Below the pieces are notes generated by a model. The model did not search any database, was not told where the DNA came from, and saw nothing but the letters and a program-made list of their open reading frames with translations. This document shows, in pieces, positions 55,001-64,000 of a stretch of 64,000 bases of DNA (position 1 is its first letter; each line of letters begins with the position of its first letter). Made by a program: the position numbers and the translations under genes. Origin of the DNA: Utricularia gibba (lineage: Eukaryota; Plantae; Magnoliophyta); NCBI GenBank assembly GCA_002189035.1, contig NEEC01000018.1:620001-684000 (forward strand), given 5' to 3'.

Positions 55001-56945
55001 GCTATTGGAGACATGGGTCCCATGCGTTGCGGGTAGAAGAAGCCCCTCCCCCCAGGTGCATTGCATCCTCGCACAAATACCTTTGCTAGGAGGAGTGGGG
55101 GGCTTTTACTAACAGATTAAAAGAAGAAGAATAAGAATAAGATTGGCAATCCATAGTTTTTGATCAATTACAAAAAAGATCAACTACAATCAATTACTAC
55201 TTATTTATAATTTTTATATATTTAATTATTTAATGTTCAAATCTCTATGTAGGATTGTTTGCTGTGATATAGACTATTATCTTCCAACGGATACTTATCC
55301 GGCCTGTCAGTGCTTGATGGATTTGAAAACAATGGCTTCGGGTGTGTTCCAAACTAGGGTTTTTGTCATTGGCTTGGACCGGACCGGATCAAACGGTTTT
55401 CAGGGACTCACTCGGTCTATGTCCAAGTGATTTGACACATAATTTAAAAAATTTGGGCGCAAAAAAAATGTGTGTTTTTTGGGACTTTTGGCCCACAAAA
55501 TTGAAAAAAAAAATCTACTTTTAATGGAGCTGTTTTTGACTTTTTAAATCTCGCAAGTTTTCAATGGGCAATATGCACATTTTTTTTCAATGGCAAGAAT
55601 GGACAATACGCACATATTGTCCACCCACAGAAATATTTTTTTAAAAAAAAAGACAAAAAAAGAAACGCTCAATCGGGTGTAGTTCCGGATCAACAAATCC
55701 TCAACATTGCTCAGGAAAGTCGTCTCGATTCTGGAAGGGTCGGTATCCTAACACATCGGAGCCGCACGCAGGAGCAGCGTCAGAGTCCCTTGGGGCCTTC
55801 CTTGCCCAGGAACTTGATTCTGAAATCTTTGGGTCACAGTTGAATTTCCATGGATTAATCACACGTCAGGATCATGAATCATGAAAGGCGCATACTCAAA
55901 GGAAGCATGCCATCAAATATCTCGTCTATTCATGCGTATAAAAAGGGTACCATATGCATCAGACTCGTGTCAAAAATGAGCGAATCACTTGAATGTGGCA
56001 TAAAAACTTGCTACAATTCATGAGTGTTCGTTTAGGCTTGGGATATACATGTCGTTGGTGTGTTTCTTTCATGATTTCTCTACTTGCTTGAAATGTTGTG
56101 AGGGGGGCAGCAGCTTTTCTACACCAAACTCATGCCTAACATGAGTTCTAAAGGTCAAATAACATGCACGACTTGATAGAGGGTGAGAAAACGGTTCCAG
56201 CAAAGGAACCTTCTGTCCATGTAGCCTAGGGTTTGAAAATTCATAGGATGGAGATTGGGGAGAGCGCACATGTATTCCTAGAGGAGGTTTGCTGAGTATG
56301 ATGCCCATCAATTCTCTACCCTATTGCGCCTTTACTTCTGCACAAGGGCTCCCTATTCCGCCGGCCCATGCTCCCTCCCTTTCGGCTTACTTACTGCTTA
56401 AAAATAACTTTTACTGAATCAGAAATTGTTGGATGGAGGGGAATGGTGGAAGGTTTGCACTTGGGACCAAATGAATTGAATTGGAGCGAGTGATTCGACC
56501 GGCTTTTCGGCCTCTACCCATACCCTACCCTATCCATCCCACGGTCAAATATTTACGCGCTCCTTGTTCTCTTGTGCACAAGCACAGCAGCACCTTCATC
56601 CAACCCCACCACCGCTGTATCGCTTTTCCCATGTGGAAATTAGTTTTTTTTCTTTGCTCGGATTGGTGTAAAGATCTGGTTTTTATTTTTTGTGGGCGGG
56701 TACTGGTGACCATGTTGTCAACGTGCAGTTTCCAAATACTAATAAAAACCCAATTGCCCTGCCCAACGAAACCTTGGGCTAAAAGAACAGAAGCCCTCAC
56801 ACCCCAATTTAGAGGTTACAAGAACCGGGAGACCATTCGACATCAGTCAATAAAATGACCATCTTTAAATTCTTATATAAAATATGTTTTATCATTTGTA
56901 ATTATATTTTATATTTCTATTTTCTGGAAAAAAAAAAAGCAAGCG

Positions 56946-58400
56946 TTAAAGACGAGGCCGAATGCTGAGAATCACAGAAAAGCGTGGAACAATTATGCCA
57001 AAGTAGCAACCCCAAGTTGCCTTCTTGCACTGGACAAAGGGATGGTGGTGGATGCCCCGAAAGGAGATGGAGGTTACAGTTTCACCCCACTGAAGTTTGG
57101 GTTCGAAGAATGGAGGTGCGTACCACTGAGTCCATTTACAGGGTCCTGGATGCACCACTTCCTATTGCAGTTGCATTCGGAATTCAAACTCATATGTAAT
57201 GTGTGCTATTCACACACCTGTGAGTTCCATTTATTGAGCACTATGCGCCGTTTGTACAAACACAACGCAATTTCCTAACATTTTTACTGTATCTTATCAT
57301 AAGAAATGAGTGTGGCGTTTTGTACGTACCCTTGTCCAGACAACCATTTTGGGGGATGCTTCCGTCCAGATTAACTTGTATCAGACCTATCAAAGCCAGA
57401 GAAACATGTTGCAAGAGTTAATGCTTATGCTCCATTTGCATATAAAGCTTCACTAGTACATAAGAATTCCTGCAATGGAGCACTGAAAACGCTAGAACCC
57501 CAGAGTAACAAATCCATTCAACCGGCTCTCCATAGCAACAGAAACAAATTGCTGCCCACTGATTAGAAAAACACCATCAAAGAATCAAATGAAAAAGATT
57601 AATAATCAAAGGGTCATGGCATGAATTAAGAAGCCCGAAAAAGGAAAAAAAATGAAACAAATAAGTAATATAGGGTTTGACGCACATGAATCATCAGCAA
57701 GAATGGTAGCAATAGACAACCACTTTCATGAACCTGATTTCACAAACCTTCAGAGCACGATCAATAGCAGAACACCATCAAGAAGCAGAAGAACAGAATG
57801 TCAGTCCAAAAAAAAAGTTTGTTGAGGACTATCGACCAGAACAGTGAACCAGGCCAGGGAATGAGGCAAGAAAACAACAAATTGAGAGGTTTCAACCCAT
57901 AAGTCTCAATGCGGAATTCTAAGAAAAAGATAACTACATTCAAGGCATTCAAAAATCTTCAAACAAAATCACTCACACCATCAACAGAATCAGGTGAACA
58001 GATTGTTGGCCCAATAACAACAAGTTTTGCCCCACATCATCACCCAAACATAGTTGAACAGATCACTGAAATAGGAAACAGATTACAACCAATTCACGTC
58101 TTAAAACTCATCAATCATGAAGTAAAATCGTAAAATAAAACTACATTCAGTCCACTGATTCACATGTACTTGAAAGAAATCAACTATGGAGCCGTCTAAA
58201 TGTATCAGATGGACGGGAAATGAGTCCGTTAGCATGATTTTTGTGACTTGAAATCAGGCTAAATTGTGAACGAAAGCCAAAATTTAAATAAATAACAGCT
58301 TCAAAGTACCAACTATTTGGAAGAAATGGAAGGTCCAGAAAGAGCCCGCCTCTCGGGCAATGCATAACCGGGTCGCCAGCAAATCAGCGCGGCGATCATT
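56946..58400 (-). other. Putative spliced minus-strand transcript of unknown function (lncRNA or 77-aa orphan ORF)
   Basis: Plausible donors are at 58309 (TTG|GTACTT) and 57329 (AGG|GTACGT), and acceptors at 57470 (TTGCAG) and 57162 (CAATAG). The intervening sequence is T-rich on -. The phases join MVVWTR to EVVHPGPCKW...RPRL*. No homology was recognised. Confidence 0.25.
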
Positions 58401-59102
58401 GCTGCCTGAAAGCCTGCGTTTGCAAAATACGTGTCAATGATATATTATTTATAAAATGCATTACTGAAGATATATTTTGAATGCTAATAATCTAAATAAT
58501 ATAATATTTAAAAAATCACATTTTTTAAAAATATTTGTATAATAACCATAATTGATTAATTATCTAAAAAGATAATAATTAATATCTAGCGATGTTTGAA
58601 TTCTACTTAAAAATAATAAGTACCATCCAAATAATTTTGAACATTACTTACGGATAATACCATTCATGGATGTTTGGATAATTATCAATGTCCAAAGATG
58701 TCTTTGTGTCGCCTACCTATAATAAATAATGTACATAGATATCTCTGCATCATTTATAGATAAGACTAAGCACTTCAACACTTCTAAAGTGCTTAGCTGG
58801 GTTTAGATACCACTCACTCATAATAAGCAATGCTCAATTTTTTTTTTGAAAATATTGCAAAAAATAATTCATCAGTGACACTCAAACATGTCATTTCATA
58901 TAAGTTATTGGTTGTTTATATCAATGCATATCATTTATTATATAGTTGTTTATGACATATGACATACATTATTTGAAAACATGAGATATAAAGACCCTTT
59001 TTTTGGTTATTAATTTGTATAGCTACCAACTTTGATTGTTGTTTTGGTTATTAATTTCTTTTTCATGCTATTTTTCCAAAGACCTTTTTTTTTAACTTCC
59101 AG

Positions 59103-59566
59103 CTTAGATGTCTTTGCTGGTTGAGGGTCTAGCCGTTGGAGATGAAACATTAATAGAAGAGTATAGCATAGGCCCGGTGGATAAGCTTGATGAAGATCAA
59201 GACCGTGGCAACTATGGAAGACCAAATGAAGCTATATGGACCAGAGAAAGGTCTCTTGTTGGTTTCTAGGCCAGTAGGTGTATAGAGTTGACTTCATCTT
59301 GTCTCATGGCATGGAAGCTCTGGAAATCAAGGCATGCCTCTAATGGATCCCATAGTGACTCTCTTTGATAGTGTGCACAAAAACTTTACTGATATCGGGA
59401 GCATGCTAAGCATGCTGTTTCCCAATTTTGGCCGTATGTTCAATGTTGATGATTCAAATATTAAGAATGATGAGTGGGATGAGGAGTGGCAACCAGAAGG
59501 CAAGGCTAAAGGGTATGCATTGGAGCTTGGTGGTGCAGATATTCATGATGAGTTATAGAGTACACT
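59103..59566 (+). pseudogene. TST: Tonoplast sugar/monosaccharide transporter (TST/TMT) central-loop exon remnant
   Basis: It reads MSLLVEGLAVGDETLIEEYSIGP...DQMKLYGPEKGL..V.RPV...HGS...GMPLMDPIVTLFDSVHKN...GSMLSMLFPNFGRMF...KNDEWDEE, the TMT/TST signature loop. It carries in-frame stops and a frameshift, is preceded by a polypyrimidine tract + AG (59101-59102), and is cut by an LTR at 59567. Confidence 0.85.
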
Positions 59567-60580
59567 TGATAAACGAAAAATTATGCAATGTCGTTAAATG
59601 CAAATTTTCCTATCAAATAAATTTATAACTTAACCCACATTCAAGCATAAAACAATTATGAGCATAGTGATTAGGGTCGAACACGAAGAGCAAGTGCTTG
59701 CTATATGAAAGTTAATGCATGAAATCAGTGTCATGTTGGTAAAATTGGTCTTAGTTAGGACTAAGGCAAAACTAAAATGAAATACAGTAAATAAAAGTAA
59801 TAAGTTCTGGAGCTCGATTGTTTCTAGAATGGAATGGATGATGCCTTGGGACTCCTAGGGAATGTATACTTATCACTAAACAAGCTCACACAAATCACAA
59901 ATCATACAACTAACTCACAAGATCTAGGTCTACCCGGATTCTTGTTTTTCCCCCTAATATTTGGTCTACCTCTAATTAGGGTTGTTCAGTTGGGTTTCAC
60001 TAATTCCCCCTCCTGGATCTATCCTGATTTGTTAAGGAAATGGCGTGACTTATGGTTTATTAGGTCTAAGGATGAATTAGCATATTTCTCCTCTTCTCAC
60101 CCCAAGACACCCCCTCTAAGTGTTTAGCTACTCATGACAATGAAAAGTAAAACATTTTCATAGCATATCCTAAACAACATCCTGACTACAAATGTTAAAT
60201 AACAGCGAGCAATATGAAGCAGAAGTAGGAAAGACACTTCGTTCACACAGGAAATCCAAATCTAGTCTTAGCTAGGAACAGTAAACATGAAGAACGAAAA
60301 TAATTTCTCAAGAGAAGCTGTGTTCTTCTGGTTCGTCGTCCCTCCTTCTTCTTCCTCCAGAAAAATCTCCAGAAACTTGTCTTGAGTCTCCTATGGGAGA
60401 TCTGCCTTCTCTCTCCACCTTTCCCTCTTTTTGTCCAAAATCTCCCTTTTTCCTCCTTAGATTTTGTGTGCATCACTTTTCAGACTCTTGGACTCATCTT
60501 CTGCCACTACATTGTGCATGTTTGGCTCCTTGGGATTTGTGTTGCAACCTACACTGCATTGTTCAAATAAAACTATTAGA
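59567..60580 (-). mobile_element. Truncated family-B (Athila-like) LTR inserted in the TST remnant
   Basis: Starts TGATAAACG...CTATCAAATAAATTTATAA...GGGTCGAACACGAAGAG, and internal blocks align with 37900-38150. The far end is missing. Confidence 0.75.
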
Positions 60581-60589
60581 AGGTTGAGA

Positions 60590-62700
60590 CTAAATCACAG
60601 ATTGATTCTTCTATCTCTCAATAGAAACTGTAACCAAATCACTTTAGCAACTACATGTGCCATGGCTCGATACTCTACCTCTTTACTGGATCTCGATACA
60701 ATGTGCTGCTTCTTTAAGCTCTAGCATACAAGCTTGAGCCCTAGTAGAACATAATTACTTGTGAAAGGTCTTTGTGTAAAAAGGCAACTTCCTCAATCTA
60801 CATCTGAATAAGCCTTTAGATGATTGAGGTATTGTGTTGATATACAAGCCTAAAGTGTAGTGTCCCTTTGATGTTCTTTAGAATCCGAGTAGCTAAGGCA
60901 TGATGGTAGATAGTTGGAGAATTCATGAACTAGGACACATAATTCATGCTATGAGTGATCTAGGTCTTGTAAAGCTGAAATACTAAAGTCCTCCAACTAA
61001 TGCTTGAAAAGGTGTGAGATCAACGAGAGCTGTGGATTCTTATGTGAGTTAGGGTTTTGAGACCTATGGTGCTTGTGCTGGTGTTGATGTCGGTTTAAAA
61101 TCTCGAAGCCCAAACCTGCCTAACATAGACAAAGCATAGTATGCTTGTTACAAATGGATCTCTTCTGAGTTTTCCACCATCTAGTCTCCAAGGAAGTGAT
61201 GCAAAGTGTCTAAATCCTTGATGGCAAACTCAGAGGATAGTTGATCAACTAGTTGTTGTATCAAAAGGGTGGTTGTCCTTGTGACAATGTTATCATCTAT
61301 TAGAGTAACAAAAATAAAGTTTTGTTGGCTTTGTGGGCAACAAAGAGAGAGGTATCAACCAAACTACAAAAAAAAAAGGATAATAGAAAGCAACTAAAGT
61401 GATCAAATCATGCCTTAGAGGCCTATTTCAAGTCATATAAAGCTCTATTTAGTTTTTATACATACGAGGGTAGTGTTATATTTTGCATAATTGATGGTTA
61501 TTTCATATAGATGACCTCAATAATGTTATCATGAATGAATGCATTTTTCATATCAAGCTGACAGATTTCCCAACCATTAATAATAGCAAAAAAGAATAAG
61601 ATAAATGGTATATAGGCGAATCATTAGAGAGAACATTTCAATGTAATCAAGACCATCCACTTGATTATACCATTTGGCTACAAGTCTAGCTTTGAGTTGA
61701 TCAAGGGAGCCATTGGGTTTAAGTTTGACTTTGAACACCTCCTTGCATTCAATGATGTGTTGTGTTGCCTCATGTGGTATAAGGGTCCATGTATTATTTT
61801 GATCAAGAGCATGAAGCTCTTCAGACATAGCCTATTTGCAGCCAAAGTGGGAAAGTGTCTTTTCGATACTCCAAGTTCAGCAGTCATGGAGGGATAGTGC
61901 TCCATGTGCAAGGCATATTTTGGATTCGGATTGATAATGCCATGTTGAGACCGAGTAACCATAAGATGAGGTGCAACACAAGACAAGGAATAGAAGACAA
62001 ACAAGGAGACAAAGAAGGTGAGTCAGGAAGAAATGAAACATTGGAGTTAAAAGACTACGTTTGAGGTATGTCTATGTTAGAGGCATCGAGACATTGTGGG
62101 GACGGTGAAAGTTGGAATGGCAGGGGGTAGGGGGATAGAGTATATGTCCAGAGAGAAATAAAGTAGCATTGCCAAGACAATGTCCTACAAGGGAGCGAGA
62201 GGTGTGGCAATACTTGTAGCGGGAGACAATGAGCTAGGCATAACTTGATAGGGAGAGGATCAAAAGCACATGGAGTCAACATGAAAAAAGAGGCCATGAG
62301 ATCAGGACAAGAAGAGATAATTGGGTTTAGAGTGGTAATTCGAGAGGAGGAAGAGGGGAACCATCAGGGAGTGAAGAGGGGATAGTATAGGTGATAGGTA
62401 CTTGAGGAGGCAAGGGGAGAATAGAGCTAGGTGAAGGAGAGAGATGATGTAGAGGTGACCTAGATAGCAATGAGATCATGAGAGATGGATTAATAAAGAA
62501 GGGAGTCCATAGTTGAGTAGTGGAGGAGAGATTGTTGAGGGTTGGGTGATAGGGTTTATCATTGTATAATTTGACAATAAGTCATATTTCTGAGCAAGTA
62601 GGTGGTGGAAAGGAGGGACTAGAAAATTTAAATGGGAATGTATTTTAATAAAAAATAACATGTTGAGAAAATGGATTTTTTATTTAAAAATGAGCTACTA
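60590..62700 (-). mobile_element. Decayed Copia pol remnant (INT-RT linker, RT start, RNase H)
   Basis: Motifs: MVTRSQHGIINPNPKYAL (linker), EELHALDQNNTWTL...KLKPNGSLDQLKARLVAK (RT) and KKQHIVSRSSKEVEYRAMA (RNase H, about 60650-60710). No LTRs were seen. Confidence 0.85.
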
Positions 62701-62872
62701 TATATTACCTCTTAGTGAATCTAGAAAATGGATTTTCATTTAAGAAGCGGATATAACTTGAAGTACTTTTGCTTCCCTTGCTATTTCCATAATCACTATC
62801 CAAGTAAGTAGAAATCATAAGATAGCTAATTTCCAAAATAAACAAAGTGAATATCATAATCTAGTATCTCTT

Positions 62873-63392
62873 TTACATACTGTATATTCTTTTTACTACT
62901 AGAAAATGACTGATTTTTGGGGCTTTCATAAATCTAGATAGAATATTGATAATGTACGTGAGATCAAGCATTGTATGACCGAGATAGATAAAATTTCCAA
63001 CTAAACATCTATAAATTGTCACATCACATTCTACTTCCTCATGTGACTTGTTGTTCTGCAATATTTCTTTTGGTAGATGAAAATTCCTTTTTTTCAGATT
63101 AATGAACTTCCAAGCCAAGATAGAAATTCATTAGTTCAAGATCGTTCATCTGGAATTCTGAATTAAGGTGCACCTTGAGATCAAAGACAAGTGGCTTATT
63201 ATTTGAGGTAATCAACAGATCTTCTACATAGATACTGACTAATATCTTAGCTCCTTCTACTACTTTAAAAAACAATGTTCGCCCAATGTAAGTTTGTGTA
63301 AAACCTTTTTTTAAAAAAAATTGATTGATTCTCTCATTCCAAGCTCTTGATGCTTGTTTCGAACTATAAAAAGCTTTCTTTAATTTCAACAC
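62873..63392 (-). mobile_element. Separate Copia RT fragment
   Basis: LKKAFYSSKQASRAW...ILVSIYVEDLLIT...EFQMNDL..M.FYLGLEV and YRCLVG..IYL..T..DL. This RT segment lies upstream of another element's linker, so it belongs to a different insertion. Confidence 0.8.
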
Positions 63393-64000
63393 TTTGTACT
63401 CCTATTCCATTTTAACATAGCCTTCTAGCTACTCACAATAGACTGTTTCATTAAGCACTCTATTTAATTTTTTTTTTAATATTCATATGATGAATCTTCC
63501 AACCTTGATTTGTAGCCAATGCTAGTAGTAGTTTTACAATATCAAACCTAGCAATTAGTGCAAATACTTTACTATAATTCACACCATAGATTTGGGTGTA
63601 GCTCTTTGCTACAAGTAACTTTTAGCTTGTTCATTGATCCATCAGTATTTAACTTTATTATATATATATATATATCCATTTTAGACCAATCAATGAAGAA
63701 CACAAGTCAATGGGTATATTTACAAGTTTCGAGGTATCATTTTCCATAATCGAGTTCATATTACTATCCATTGAATGTTTCCATCTTGCATCTTGATTTG
63801 CTTCCACAAAGTTTGTTGGATTAGTGAGAATTATACATGAGGGAACATCAACAAATAGGGAGATGGTATCATTTGTAGTATATGATGTGTGTTGAAGTCT
63901 TTTATGATTGTTATCTCTTATATCATATAGGAGTTTTTTTTTCTTTTGATGTTAGGATGCCTGTCATAATCATCAAAATCATTGCTATCCCATTCAGTTG

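Noticed and set aside
56340-56545. miR482/2118-like hairpin (CTCCCTATTCCGCC; G-rich and C-rich tracts)
   Set aside because: Manual pairing needs large bulges and many mismatches, and the match to the mature consensus is interrupted. RNAfold plus small-RNA reads would be needed to revive it.

Overview
This is plant (angiosperm) nuclear DNA: gene islands separated by nested, mostly decayed transposons. Seven protein-coding genes are supported. On + are a small secreted PIP/SGP-like peptide (10059-10232), a CWC16/CCDC130-type splicing factor (17653-19330), a chimeric extensin/Pollen Ole e 1 protein (23126-25300), SmD1 (29566-30514), PFP alpha subunit (19 exons, 41946-46225) and an ARID + alpha-crystallin/Hsp20 protein (47727-51939). 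On - is a clade-A AT-hook/PPC (AHL) gene (53547-54322). A dead tonoplast sugar transporter (TST/TMT) exon lies at 59103-59566. Mobile DNA includes one complete but disabled Copia with TSD, two further Copia remnants, six Athila-like solo or partial LTRs of two families, three PIF/Harbinger elements, a hAT MITE and a hAT transposase remnant. The main points of interest are: (1) four 1-bp losses in short G/C runs that frameshift extensin (twice), SmD1 and AHL, most likely assembly errors; (2) a PIP-like peptide lacking the Gly of the SGPS motif, lying between two ~94% identical direct-repeat solo LTRs; (3) every LTR element I could orient is on -, while six of seven genes are on +; (4) a ~30-bp-periodic palindrome array; (5) a TST remnant in what looks like its ancestral syntenic position. 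I found no evidence for a wholly new biological system. All alignments and identities were done by eye, and family assignments come from recalled motifs, not database searches.
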